DNA of 64,000 nucleotides from Callorhinchus milii (lineage: Eukaryota), in assembly GCF_018977255.1 (NCBI RefSeq), contig NW_024704742.1, positions 105,402,001 to 105,466,000 on the forward strand, written 5' to 3'. The notes beneath the pieces are model-generated. The model saw only the letters and a program-made list of their open reading frames with translations. It did not search any database and was not told the DNA's origin. Both the position numbers and the translations under genes were made by a program. Positions 38,171 to 52,293 of this stretch are shown piece by piece (position 1 is the first letter of the stretch; the number at the start of each line of letters is the position of its first letter).

Positions 38171-39959
38171 CTAATGCGTCCCAGGGCCCCAGCACCCAGT
38201 ACTAGATTCAGATACTAGAAAATCAACAGCAGCAAATATTTCAACCGTTTTCACCCTCACCACAGTGATACCCTGAGCAAATGATTTTAATGCAAAAAGA
38301 AGTTTTTGATGTTTGCACAAAGTTGACTGCACTGTTTAACCTGTATTCTTGCTGGGTTATTCATTCATTGCCTCCTACTGCACAATGCTGGAAAATGGTA
38401 ATAAGTGTGAGCGATTACAGGAAATCTTAACGTTTCAGCCTCATTCCAAGCTGAATCCATTTTCAACCCTTGCCCTGAGTCAGCCGTCCTGCTCCAAAAT
38501 CTTTAAACAGTCAGCACCAGCTCTCCTGCTGACACTTCCTGTAGCAGCTCACATGCCAGGAGGAGAATGTGACTGAGACAATACAGTGAGTGAACTCCGC
38601 TAACTGCAGGTCAGCCAACTACAAAGACATCCTGAACACTGTTGCACCAGATCTGGCTTCATCTCACCCTGCTTCCAGTTTGCCTTAAAGGCTCAATAGG
38701 AACTCAGCATAACTCTACTTCTGGTGCAGAAAGAGATGTCACTTAGCACCTCCTTCCCCCTCTTGAGTGACCTCATCAGAGTTAGGTTATGACTCTGATG
38801 TCCTTCTGAAGACAACTCGCTGAGTTGTCTTTTATTAAGTGTCATTGGTAACCCCAGCAGACTGCAGCAATGAACTTTCTGATAAGGAACAGCAGGAAAA
38901 TCTTGCTGCTACATACAACCAACCACCTCCTCTTCCCTATTGCTGTCTATCGTGTTCCATTCCAGACACGGCAATTTCCTTGCTTGGGTGGCATACATAA
39001 TGTGCAACTCTCAGGCTGCCTTGGATGCTCTTATGCATGGGAATGGGTTTCCACATGTATCAGACACCCAGCTGACCGAGGCTAAAAATGATGGGGAAGA
39101 GCAGGAAAGATGCTGTTTAAAACCAGTCCGCATGATCCAATTCATTTATATTCCTTTCCAACACGATTCATTTGGCTCTCATATCAATATACTGAGAGTT
39201 CACATTTAAGGAAGAGACATGCTAATGATAAACAGTTGTCTGAAGTCTCAGCGATGCTTTCATCCCTCTCAAGATCTTGCTATCAGGAACTCCTGAAGTG
39301 ACTACAGTCATATTTGTTTTATGGCAACAGCCCATGTGCAGCATGTATTAAATTGCCTGTCTGATTCATGCACTGACTTTGATGTACATCAGTCATTTGT
39401 ACAAGCTTTAATGTAAATCTTCTGCATCGTAGCCCCAGACAACCTCAAGGGGAAGGGATGGGAGGTTTTGTTTCCCCCTGTGAAATCGGATCAGAATGAA
39501 TTAGTCCCCAGCATTTCTGCTTCACAAGTTTCTGCAATTATGCTGCAAATTCACCTCAAATGTTAATTTTCAGCACCAGATTGAACAGACTCTGGATGTT
39601 CTTTTAAATACAGACTGCTTTGCTGTGTGCTGTATCAATGGGTTGCTAAGTGTTCCACTATGGGGTAGATCAGCCTTGATCGCCGTTTCTCTCCTTGCGT
39701 AGACTTGTTGTTTGGGACCAGCTGCGAGCATTGTAATTAATATCTCGCTCTGGGACCCTACCTTGTGTGAGGGGCGTATATCAATGCAAATTGTTGTTGT
39801 TGTCTGCTCTTATCTCTGGTGGGCTTTGTAAAGCCAATGCTCCCACATCTGCTGGGATCCCTTGCTGTTGACAGGAACCCCAAGTAAAAGGCAGATACAA
39901 GGAGAAATCTCCCATGAAAGGCTACTTACACAGGGCTTGATATACCCAGTCCATAAAAT

Positions 39960-40270
39960 AGTTGGACCATACCCGATACGAACAAGAGTACGGTTCCATA
40001 GATGTTGATCACCCTCTTGTACCTCAGCCACATGGCTATTATTTACACGCGAGGCTTGACAGTGAGTACTGACACTATTATACGGACATCACAGCCAAGT
40101 CCGATCCTGTCCTTGCCTGACCTCCACACATGCGCACCTTCCAGCAGGGGGGCTCTGGATTGCGATTAAGAGCAGGAATCCTGGCTCAGGCAAATGGTAG
40201 TAGTTCGGCTGAGATCATTTAACTCAACACAGACCAGAGAATGGATCTGGTATGTTTCCCAATCTGTATA
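39960..40270 (-). mobile_element. Family B repeat copy
   Basis: CATCACAGCCAAG..CCTTCCAGCAGG..GGCTGAGATCA..ACTCAACACAGACCAG, reverse complement of the 10820 and 47080 copies. Confidence 0.65.
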
Positions 40271-41404
40271 GTTGAGCTGCCTAAAACTCATTGAGCGTTG
40301 GTGACGGGGTGGGTGGGGGGCTGTCTGGAAGAGTTACATTGTTTCCACAGTTTTATAACTGTGTTCATATGTGATATAGATACAGACATTGTGAAAAGAG
40401 TCTGGTGTGTGTACAGGAGAGGTGTGATCCTGATGCGGGAACACTGCCAGCAACAGTGAACCTTCACTCTTCAATATTGTAGAGAAACATTGGAATTTAC
40501 TTATTCAAAACAGGATTTTCCACTGGGGGCCAGTGGCAACCTGGAGCTCCCTGGAAAGGAGTTTATTATTTTTGAAGGGATGTGGAAAGCAGGAGAGAGA
40601 GGGTTTTTGCACCTTGTCACCTTGGGGCAAAACATTTGCATGGTCTCTGTGGGATCAAGCTGGCTGCATGGTGACCCGCGTGGTCCAGGGAGAGGAGAAT
40701 TGAGCAAACTCCTTGTGGTGTTCTCTGTAATCCTCTACCTGAGCCGGGGCAGGTTGACAGTAATCCAGGAGATTGTTGATGATTAACTTGTAGGCCTGGC
40801 TTTCAATGGTATTTAGGAGGGATTCTCCCTATATTGTGTTTGATAACAGTTGCTAACATAGTTTTGGCTACGTTGGAAGAATGAGTACGTTGGTTCCAGC
40901 TGGAGAAGCTGGTATGCTGTTGTGCCTTTTAATAAGTAAGTTAACGTTTTTAGCTGCTTGCATTACAGAAGTAACCAATGCATGCTTTGGGATCCCTAAT
41001 ACTGTATCCACTCACATACCTGTGTTTTCTGAGCATAGTCAAACAGTGTGTGTGTGTGTGTGTGCGATTTCACTCTTTCTTTCCTTCCTCCTGTCGGAGG
41101 TAAAGTTTTACAAAGTTTTGTTCCACAAATGTAGTATTCAGTTTTAAATCTCATGTTGTGATAGGCATAAAGATTGAATGGTGAGGAAATCGGGACAATG
41201 TTGACTTCTAGTTGCATTCAGAAAGAGGAAAAGTAATGAAAGAATGGGATAACTAGAGAGTATCATGTGAGGAATTACTCAGACACCCCACCCTATTTTA
41301 TCAGTGTAGTTATGAAGAAATAATTTTGTTATTTTCTTTAAGAAAAATCTAATCCCAACCCTATTGCAAACACCTGCCCATACAAACCAATTCAAAGGTT
41401 TTTT

Positions 41405-41715
41405 TTGGTATCTACCACATACAGAAACCCATCACCATGCCTAAGAGTATGTAAACTAAACTGAGAGCAACATGCAACCCTCTTAGATATGGAAATTCTT
41501 ATTCATTGGAATGGAATATGCACTCTCTGCATGGAGGTTGCATTCTGCTTACTAATTCCAGAGAGTATTAGGTGCAGGCTGGCAAGACCCAAGGCTAGGG
41601 GATGCCAGTGTGTGCATTGGAGTATTGCTGGAGTCTAACCAGCTAAAACTGCATAGCTTGCTATCAAAAGCAAGCTTTCCTGCCCACCCATTTGGGCTTT
41701 GGCTTAAAGGGTTAA
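41405..41715 (+). mobile_element. Unclassified repeat (family C), possibly piggyBac-like non-autonomous
   Basis: Shares CATCACCATG, GAAATTC..TGCACTCTCT and GGAGTCTAACCAGCTAAAAC blocks with 11975-12162, 48935-49125 and 55843-56100(-); ends AGGG|TTAA. Confidence 0.6.
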
Positions 41716-44532
41716 GAATGGACATCTAATCAAGGTGTAACCTTCATAAAGTTGCCATTTTCTTGTGTTGTGCTGTACAACAATGGAGTTTAAACTGAAA
41801 TATATGTCCCGGGCTGTAAATATTAACAGCTGCAGGTAACCACAAGTGCATCTATAAGTAGATTGAGTCAAAATGGATTTCCCAAGGGTTTGTGGAATGC
41901 ACCTACATTAACTTCCCCGTTTGCGAGTCTGAATCACATTTTGTAAGTCCTGCTACAAATATCGCATTTTAAATCCCAGGAGGATAAACAGGCTTTATTG
42001 GTAATGCGCATGTATTGCATTTAAATCTCACCGCTGCTAGTGTTTAAAGAAGAATTAGAAGTATCGTGAGAATCATAATGAAAGAGCAATGCAAATATAT
42101 AATGTCAATCTCATAGAAGAGTTTTAACAATTTTAAATATTAGTTTTTAATTACGGTTAAAATGGGGGAAAAAGAACAAATGTGTAATGAACATAAAATA
42201 GGCATTTAATCTATTGATAAAATCTGGGAATAATGATAGAAAACCTAGGAATGATATTGATGTTGGAATCAATTTAACACAGTCTCTTGAAGCTACTTGG
42301 AATGTATTTTATGTGGAATTAGTTGCTGCTTTGGTTCTGTCTGATGGTTTAAAAAAATAATATTTTTGGATGTGTCTTACTTATTACCTTTTTTTCATAA
42401 ATATTGGACCATGTTATTTACTGAGAAGATTTGACAGCAAAAGACTTCCTAGTGTGCATGAACGATAAAAGCTGCCTCCCGTCTATATTAAAACATAAAG
42501 AATAGCATACAGTCTGATGTACTTTCAAGCTGGAAGCACTTAATTGTATTAAGATGCAGAACCTTTGAACTGGGTGTACACATTATGTAAATAATGCAGC
42601 AATGTATTTCACACTAATGCACAGAAAGCAGTTTTAATGATTGTCTAACGCCATACTCAACCACACTAGTCTGTGGAAAACAGACTTAACTACACTTGAC
42701 TTTAATGACCACAAAGAACTAAGTCCCTGCAATGTTTCCTGAGACCTCCAAACAGTGGTCCCTGAAGTGCTGGTTCTAGACAGGACTTATCTATCACTGC
42801 TTAATTACTATGGGAACGGATGCGTTTTGTGTTCTTAAAGGTCTTCCCTTTTCATGTGTTCATTGTCTTTGTACTTTCTGCCATTTGCTAACTTAAGAAA
42901 ACTTAAAGGGGGTATCAGAAGTGGGATGAAAGGGCAGGAGCAAAGTAGCCTGCTATTCTTGACCTGTTCTTGGCCTATGTTGCTGTTATTTGGTGGTGGT
43001 TCATCAGGAAGACTACATCATGCTTTCTGGCCACTCGTGTGAGAACAGAATCTAGAAAACAGCAGTACTGTGTATGTACTGTGGGCGCTCAACCAGCGAG
43101 ACTTGAATATCACGTGAATCTTGCTCACTGTTCGACAGACAGCACAATAGAAACCAGCAGTAGCCTCGTCCAATTCCCCCATTCCAATATAGTGCCTTCC
43201 CGGCCCTCTTCCTGAGGTTGGATCTGTGCTAACCTTTCACACGCTGATTCATAGTGTGTGTATCCAGCATTTTCTGTTTTTATTTCTGATTTATAGCCTT
43301 CTCGTTTGTTCTATTTCTTTTGTCAATAGATGTGTTCAGTATCCTGACTGTGCATCCAATGCTTCCATTACTGGTTGTTTTGGCATTGACAAGATCAGCA
43401 GGAGTCCTTTGGGTAGCCTTGGTTCCAGGAACTTTCTTCTTCAAAGTTGTTTCGGAGACCCTGATCTTTCTGGGGGGCAATGGGAACTTCAGTCAAGAAT
43501 CCAAATTGTATCCAACGTGCAAAGTACAACATGGTTACACTTGAGATCTTGGCCTTATTCCAACCTCAGTCACTGGACAGCAATCAGATGCAGCAGCCCT
43601 TGCTGATTTTTTTTCTTTTTCCTATCTGGGGGGAGGGGTATGACAGTGATGCCCCCACTCCTGCTTGGGTTGAGATCAGCTCACTAAACAAGCTCTGGGA
43701 TTGACCTTCTGGTCTGTCTGGCTCAGTAATACACTGCCATGGACAGTATTTTTTATAATTCTCTAAAATCATAGAAATTTACAGCACAGGAGAAGACCAT
43801 TCAGCTATTGTGTCTGTGCTGGCTCTTTTAATGGCAATCCCGTCAGTCCCATTTACCTGCCCTTTACCCTGTAAATTACAGTACACTCCTAATTTTAGGC
43901 ATTTGGGAGTGAGTAATAATAATACTAATAAAAATACTTGCATTTGATAAAGTGCCTTTCTCATCGGGAGGACATCTTTAGGATTTATTTTAAGTGCAGT
44001 GACTGTACTTTCTGGGTGAACAAGTACGATTTGAGGTAGGGATTCTAATATGTAAAGCACATTTTTTATTGACTAGAAAGCTAATGTGTGTATGCGTGGT
44101 TATAATGAGACTAGTAGGTGTTAATTACTCTTTGTTGATGCGCCTGAATTTCACTCAAGTTAAGGCACGGACATTCTTCTATCTGAGTTTGCCGCTTGAG
44201 AACTGAAGAAGAAGGGTTTTTATTTGATAAATAACATGCCTTTTAATTGAAGCCTTTTAGGACTCCTTGTATCTGCTTGACAGCATTTGAGAAGTCCTAT
44301 GGCTGCTATCATTTTTCATTGTCCCTTTAGTGTCCAGTGCGATATATTGCAGTGTCTTCACTGTGGTGATTTGGGAATGAAGTACTGTAATTTAAAACAA
44401 AATTGGTAACTAACTCGACGGCTTAGTAGGTCAGATTACTGGCACTGTAACACTGGACGATACAGACCTGGAACTCACAAGTTCGATCCCAGTGAATATT
44501 CTTATGATTGTTCACACTAGTACAAATGTCTG

Positions 44533-44768
44533 AATAATAATAATAATTCTTGCATTTGGCATAGCGCCTCATCACGCCATTGAGACATCTCAAAGTGTTT
44601 CACAAAATATATTGTAAAGTGAATTGACTATATTTTATAGACAAAATGCGGCAGCCAATTGCGCACAGCAGTGTCCTACAAACAATTGAGTGACCAAATT
44701 ATTTATTTAGTTTTGGATGGATTATTACCCCCAGAAAGCGATCAACCAACAACCGGGTTCCTACTTAC
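44533..44768 (-). mobile_element. SINE, headless copy
   Basis: (AAT)n tail and GGCAGCCAATTGCGCACAGCA Deu segment in reverse orientation. Confidence 0.85.
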
Positions 44769-47700
44769 AACAACAACAACTTTCATTTATATTGTGCCCT
44801 CCACACCGGGCAGAGTCTCAGAGTGCTTAGTGCTAGGTAAACAGGAGGTGTGTGGAATAAGGTCACTTACTTAAGGTTTTGCCCTGCCCGGGAATTGAGA
44901 CGAGTACTCAAACCAATACGTTACAGGAATCCGCATCTTCGCATCGCTGTGGTACTTATGGGTGTGTGGAACATGATTTGCCGCTTGCAGTCTCTGGAAA
45001 TCCACAAACCATGTAAAAGCAGTGAAGGTTTGAAATGGAACAATGCCTCCACTTTGGTGCCAGATAACAAGGTTCCAGAGCTGCAGCGTAAAAGTGGCAA
45101 TGCTTTCCAAGCACGCTGCCTTTCCTATCTCCTCCTCAAACACAATTGATTCAGAATCTATGGTGCTTCTAGAGTAGTGCATTGGATATTCTCACAGCGC
45201 TTCGTGTGAAGGAATGTTTTGCTTTTAACCAGTTTTGCCGCCTGTTTTAGGGTTGTGTCCCCTGGTTTTGGATTTGTCTAGCAGAGTTGTCCCCTGACGA
45301 GCTTGTCACATTCTTTTATTTATTTTAGAAAAAAAATCGAAACCTTCACCTACTTAGTGCCATGGAATACAGCCCATTTTAATGCAGCCTCTCATCATAC
45401 CTATACCTCTAAATCCATTCATTACATGTATCAATCACTCTCGATGCTATTGGACTTACAGATTCTACACTGTTAGATAGTGCCATTAAGTTGTCAAATC
45501 ACAATTGCTACACTTTACAGCAATTACCTGTGCAGTGTTTTCTGATGTTTCAATGTTATAGGTGCTACATCAAATCCAAGGATGATGATTATTATTCATA
45601 TTGGATCATAGCCTGTGCATGTCAGAGGGACGAGGTACTATTGAAAAAAACACTTATTTTCATTAGTTTGGGAATAGTTTGTCAGTGTTGTCACAGTGAT
45701 CTTGCAGATTATAATTTTACATCATCTTTCCCCTACCCACTCTCCTTGTCCCCCAACCCCCTCAGCTTCCCACCCTCAGCTCGGAGACCCAGCCCTCCTG
45801 ATGTGAAACATGCTATATTCAATACATGTATTGATGATACATTTGTATTGTATCATCACTTTGTTTCTGTAAAGAAATGACAAAGGTTTCTTGCCACTTT
45901 ATTGTGAAGCTGGTGCAGTTTACGGTGCCCCAGCCTGGAGATGATCAATGTCAGAGGGATAAGGTACCAATGAAACAAAATACATATTTTCATTAGTTTG
46001 AGAAGAACATATCTGTTTTCCTAGTACTGGACTCTAATTGCTGTGGATTATCTATACCAGTAACTGGCACATTACCACCAGGCCTCTTCTAAAGGGCGGA
46101 ATAATTTGGTAACTACATTAATCCCCCAGACAGGTTTTCAAGCAATTTGATGTAAAGGTAAAATGTAATGTCCTTTATAATCCAATGAAGAGATGATTTC
46201 TATAAATTCTGAGGTTTCTGAAAGATATATAATTTGTCCTTGTACCATGCATGATCATTTGTTTTCATTAGAATGAGAATGTAGTTATAAATCTTTCAAA
46301 CGTCTAACCTTCCTCTTTTTGTCTGTTATTGATCAAACAAATGCTTCCAGCCATTTGTATTGATAGAAAGAATCTATTTGCAATGATAACTACAGCAATT
46401 TTCTGAAGTCAGTCTGGGTCTGCATGTTCACCATAAATTATTGAAGTACTTTAATTTATTCAGACCCCTCTATTAAAGGCATAGGCATTGCCCAAGGTGG
46501 TTGGTTTGTTCAGACTGTACTGCCCATCTGTCTGAAGCAGCTTTTTGTTCTGGGGGTCCACAAGATTGCTTCAGAGACAATGCTTTGTAGGACAATCTCT
46601 CTCAGCTTGGCTCGATTGCTGAATCGGACATTTGCTTCAGTCTGCCTGGACTTGCTCTCAAAAAGTTTGCTGGCATCTGCATTGGATGTGCAATGGAATA
46701 TTTCGTGTCCCATGAGAAGAGTCAAGAGCAGAACCTCAGTGTAAACTCTGAGTGATTCCATTTAAGGTTGCATCAACGGCCAGTTTTTGAAAAACAAGGG
46801 CTTTATATAATGTGAACTTTGTTTCCGTGTATGTCTTGCTGAGTTACAAAGCAGCAGGAAACTAGACAGTGATATTTTAATTTAATATTATTCTTTTGAT
46901 CCTTCATTAACTGTACTTACTCTCTCTACTCACTCCACCTATCTGAGCATTAATTGATAATGTTATAAAAATAACCTGCTTCCCTATTGACTCACTTGGT
47001 GTGTCGGGCTCCGCCACTGTCAAGGCCTCTGAGACACTACCCTGCGTGAAAGGCGTTATATAAATGCAAGTTGTTGTCTTGAGCTCTGTAGACCAGGTAG
47101 ATCTCGGGTTCAATCTCTGGTCTCAGCTGAGTTAGCTGATCCCAGGCTGTGCTATAATGATAGGGAAACTGGATTTTCTTTAATGTCTTGGGTGTAGGTG
47201 CGCTGGGATTTTGCGTCATTTATTGCCCATCCCTGGTTCCCTCAGAATGGGCCTTCTCTTGAAACTACTGCTGTCCTTGTGCTGATGGTGCTCCTACTAT
47301 GTTATTTGATAGTGTTCCAGGATTTTGACTGAGTGACGAATGAATATCCAAATTAGGGTTGTGTGTGACCTTGTTGCTTAACATGTCTCTGAATTAAAGA
47401 GAGGATAACTCAAGCAGGATGGGCATTAAATGCGAGCAAAATGCCAGCACACCCTCACTACTGAGTCAGACACTTGTGCCAGGCAAGTTGGCCAGTATAG
47501 AAATCTCTGGTGCAGAAGTCTTCCAATTGCTGTCCAGTGACCTGTTCTGGAAAGTGCTTATGTACAGGCATCAAATGAGGATTGTTGGTAGGTGAGCACT
47601 GAGCTGGACTTGGCTATGAATCCTTCCATAGTTCTAGTGCTCCAAGATACTCCTGCATGAAGAGCGCTATATACATGCAAGCTGTTGCTGTGTCATCAGA

Positions 47701-48934
47701 TGCCTGGGAACGTTTCGCCTACAAAATATATTCTTTACAGCATATTCTGTGAAGCGCTTTGAGAAGTCTCGAAGATGTAGTAAGGCGCAATGTCAAAGGC
47801 ATGGATTATTATTATTACCAAAAGTCACAGATGAAGGATTTCCACTTGGGTGGGGTGCCTTTGGAATGGTACCCAGCAAAAGTCGATGCATTTGGGGGTG
47901 GGGGGGCAGCGGAGATTAACTAAATATAAATTATTTTGGCTGTTGGAGAATGACTTGAGGCAGGTCATATCATCAGCACATTTCCAAGCTGCAAAATAAG
48001 CTTGGAACCTGAACGTGGAATGAGTCCTATTCTGTGCATAACACTGTGTGGCAATCAACTTTTAAATCCTGGATAATAAATCCACACTTTCTTTTCAATT
48101 CATGCAAGGGAAATAGAGTTTACGTCCTGCTTCTTTATATTCAATTTCTGTACCTGTACGGCAAGGACAAGCAGCAGCATTAAGATATATCCTTGTTATC
48201 ATTTAGAGAAGCACGAGTGTACTGTTCATCATAACTTACAAATTGGCTATCAACAAATGTTTGCGTCATTGAAGCAACATTTGGTTCCGACTTAGGTAAA
48301 TGTTTATGCTTGGCAAATATCGGCCTTATTATATAAAAGTCTGGTCTTTGTTAAAAAGCTTCCTTCAGTGTTGTAATTGAGGTCTCCTTTAAAATACATT
48401 CCTCAAGACAGGCTCAGCAGCAATTGTGCTTCATAAATTCTTGCATCGTGGCTTTGGATTGTAGTGGAGTCCTCAGGGAGATTAACTTCCATTGAAGTTG
48501 ACAGTGATTTGTTTATTAAAAAGTATATACTTTTGTAATGTCTTGTTAGAGAAAGCGAAAGCAGCCAGTTACTAGTGATGAAGAAAATTAAATGATTCAG
48601 GGTATCAGATTATTACTGTAAGAGACCAGCATGAGGTCCCCATGTTTTATGCAGTAGTTCTGGTTATGACATGTATTTTATGTTCCTGTAGAACTCCGAC
48701 TGTCATGGAATTCCACAGTCTTGAGATCCTGGTAAAGCTTGTTAGAGTTGGCCACAACAACAAATTACATTTGTATAGCAGTGCAATCCAGTACAGCGGT
48801 GCGACAAGTCTCAGTTTCAACACAGTGAGGATATAAGGAGAAGGGAGAGCATTTGGGCCAGATTATTTGAAGCTTGGGAGGAAAGTTCAGAGGAGTAATG
48901 ACCACCGTTGATATTTTTCGTGATCAGCCAGTTA

Positions 48935-49125
48935 TCGTGACACATGCGGGAATGCATCACCATGTCCTAGAGTATCCAAACCAAACTGCGAATTCTGTGC
49001 GTCCCAACAACACATAGAAATTCCTGAGATAGATTGTTGGAATGGCAATGGAATGCACTCTCTCTTGGGGGACGCATCCTGTTTACCTAATTCTGGTAGG
49101 TATTAGGCACAAGAGCCAAGGCTTT
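48935..49125 (+). mobile_element. Family C repeat copy (left part)
   Basis: CATCACCATGTCCTAGAGTATCC, TAGAAATTCC, ATGCACTCTCT, GTATTAGG collinear with 41405-41600. Confidence 0.55.
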
Positions 49126-50853
49126 GTTGCAACAGAGAGAGAGAGAACAGACACCACAGGTGAGAGAAATATCACTTGCCAGACATCGTAACTTTTCTTC
49201 ACAAAGGACCGACCAAATTGTGTTTTTCTTCAAAACAAAAGGCCAGCATGTTAATAAAACAACTTTGGTTGTCTGATGGAAAGTTTTTTTTTATTGTTTC
49301 AAGAGTGTAACCTGCCAGTCTACACACTTTAACCAGTCTTCTGATATGCCTTTGACATATGCCTCATTTATTTTGCTAAGTACTGATTGAAATGACAGGT
49401 TTATAGTAAAAAAATATGATGTTGCTGACAGCTCCAGTGGAGAGCTGGGCAAGTTAGCAGATTGGGGTGACATTTAGAGTTTGCGTTCATGCTTAGATTT
49501 ACTCCAGAATTACACAACGCAAATTAAAATGCCTGAGAATGCTTTTTGTTTTTGTCATCCTTTTGCCAGCCCTTGGAGAGATTTGGGAGCGATTGTTCTC
49601 GCGTTCCATGCAGATTGGATATTACATGCTCCTTCTATTCCCCTCCTCGCTTCCACCGGAGAAAAACACTGAAATTTAGGCAAATTTATAGCATCCATGA
49701 AAGTTCAAGATATAAAAGATATTCAAGATATATGTTCTCTCTCATGCAGCCATCCCATTAGGATTGCACTCCTTGCTCGGAAAACAGTAGTAAAATGGTA
49801 AGCATTTTATTAAACAAAGTTGTATTCAAACAACGAATAGCTTATTAAAGTTGTTAGAGCATTACATAAGTGCGCATGGGAGTAGCATTTGTGCAATGTT
49901 AAAAATGCAGTGCTTTGGTGACCTTTGGCACAGTTGGGCATGAATGGATTGTTTTTCTGGAATCTTTCATGGGCAATAGCAGTTTGAACATGTGCACCAT
50001 ACAGACTTTGCATTCAGTTATTGTCCATTGCCCGAGACCATAATTGTTTTTTTGCTGTCAGATTTTTAACCCCTTTCCTGAAGTCATTTGACTATTTTTC
50101 CTTTTTCACTAGTGTCCTCTGGTAGTTCTCATATTCATGTTGAGCTTTGTCGATGAGTGTTCGCAGGCTGTATTGACGCAGAAGATAGTCGAGCCATATC
50201 CCATCCTCACCGGACTCGCCTTCACTCATGTTCCTTCAAGTGAAAATTTCTGGATAAAGATCAGAGCAGGTGCTCTGCATGATGTTCTTCTCCCTCACCC
50301 TAGGATCACATCTTAAAGCTCTTATTTGAGCTCTTAAAGTGATACTGGGATCCATAATATCCCAACCCACGCTATAACAAAGCACGACATTCATTGTGCA
50401 GCACACACTCCCTTTTTGCTCCCTGAGTGCCTGCTGGTTCTGTGCTAAAAGAAACAGTGACTAACCTCTGGGCCATAACAGCTGTTAAGACCTTTTTTTA
50501 ATCTTAAATTTAAGGTGGTCCAAAATTGCAGAAAATTCCTAAATTCAACCTTAATTGGGAAGCTGGATCCTTTCAAGTACTGATTTTCACATTAAGAATA
50601 ACTTCCTCGATTTAAGAAATTTTCCATAATTCTGCGCAATCTTAAATTGGCGGACAAAGTAATCTTTGCAGGCTAAGACTAGGTGAAATTTTGGAGCCTT
50701 CATAGCTATAAACATTCTTTAGTAAGTTTCCTAAAACTAGACATATTGGTTCCAAACACACATTTTTATCAATGCCTTGAGCAAATTTCACATTAAATAT
50801 TTTCTTGCACATTATGGCTCTACACATAAAGCCTAGAAATCTATTTGTTACCT

Positions 50854-52058
50854 ATCCTCATCCACAGCCTCTCCTCTTACCTCAACCTCCACTGCGCTGT
50901 CCTTGATTGGTTCAGATCGTACCTCTCACACCGCCAGCACTTCACCTCCTCAAACGGTTTCTCCTCTAGCCCCCCCACAGTCTCGTGCGGCGTTCCTCAG
51001 GGCTCTGTCCTTAGTCCCCTCCTCTTCAATATGCTCCCTCTTGGTGACATCATCCGCAGTCATGGGGTCAACTTCCACATATATGCAGATGATACCCAAC
51101 TCTATCTCTCTGCCTCCAGCCTTGACTCCAGGACCACTGCTGTCCTGACAGAATGTCTGTCAGACATCAAGTCCTGGATGAGAGTTAACTTTCTTCAATT
51201 GAACGCCAACAAGACTGAGGCTCTCCTGATTGGCTCCTGTCAGTGCCTCCTCACCTCAGGCGCTGACAGCATTACCATCCATGGTTGCACACTCCACCTT
51301 ACTAAGCCAGTCCGGGACCTTGGGGTCTTGTTCGACCCTCAACTATCCTTTCTACCCCACATTCACGCCATGACCCGCTCTGGTTTCCCCCACCTCCGCA
51401 ACATTGCCTGGCTCTGACACTGTCTCACATCGCAGGCCGCCAAAACCTTCATATACGCCTTCATTACATCAAGGCTCGACTATGCAAACTCACTGCCTGT
51501 CGGCCTCCCCAACTCCTCCCTCCACAGGCTGCAGATCATCCAGAATTCTGCAGCCGTGTCCTCTCCCACACTAGGCTCCACGACCCTATCACCCCCATCA
51601 TCGCCCAACTCCACTGGCTTCCCATCACACAGAGGATACAGTTCAAGATCCTGGTCCTCACCTTCAAAGCCCACCATAGTCTTGCTCCCCCTACCTCTCC
51701 GACCTCCTAACCCCCTACCACCCTGTTCGCTCCCTCCACTCAGCGGGCTCCAGCCTGCTTCACGTTCCCCACCTTGCTCGCCTCGCTGTCAGCGGGCGGG
51801 CCTTCCACCACTCTTCACCCACCCTCTAGAACTCCATCCCACAGTCCCTCCGTATCGCCTCCTCCCTCACCACCTTCAAGACCCACCTCAAGACTCTCCT
51901 CTTCAACTGTGCTTTCGATCTCCCTGCTTCCCCCCCTGCCCTCCACCCTCCCCCACCCCGACCCTCAGATTGGGTCCGTAACTCTGTCTGTCCAGCGCCT
52001 TGGGACGTCCTCCCGAAGCGAAAGGCGCTATATAAATGTAATTTTGTTGCGGTTGTTA
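50854..52058 (+). mobile_element. 5'-truncated L2 LINE with RT core
   Basis: ORF 50845-51417: GVPQGSVLSPLLF, HIYADDTQLY, WMRVNFLQLNANKTE. Premature stop and frameshifts downstream. 3' stem-loop and TTG tail at 51994-52058. Confidence 0.93.
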
Positions 52059-52161
52059 TTTAATGGTCTTGTTCAGGTGCATTTCCACTTTGAAAGACTC
52101 TGCGTCTCTGCTCCTATAACCCATTATCATTTAGGGTACATTTCTTTACCTCACCCCAGCC

Positions 52162-52293
52162 AAATAATAATAATTATAATCCTTGCATTTGATATAGCGC
52201 TTTTCACGTCTTCTAGACGTATCAAAGTGCTTCACAGAATATGCTGTAAAATCTATTGACTGTATATTTTGTGGGCGAAACGCAGCAGCCAAT
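52162..52293 (-). mobile_element. SINE 3' fragment
   Basis: Reverse tail plus GTGGGCGAAACGCAGCAGCCAAT. Confidence 0.8.

Noticed and set aside
40500..40790. Possible Tx1/L1 fragment or coding exon
   Set aside because: No diagnostic motif recognisable by eye; needs TBLASTX or RepeatMasker.
43280..43480. Minus-strand ORF MPPRKIRVSETTLKKK...
   Set aside because: Short, no recognisable domain, surrounded by repeat remnants; at most a decayed retroelement ORF1.
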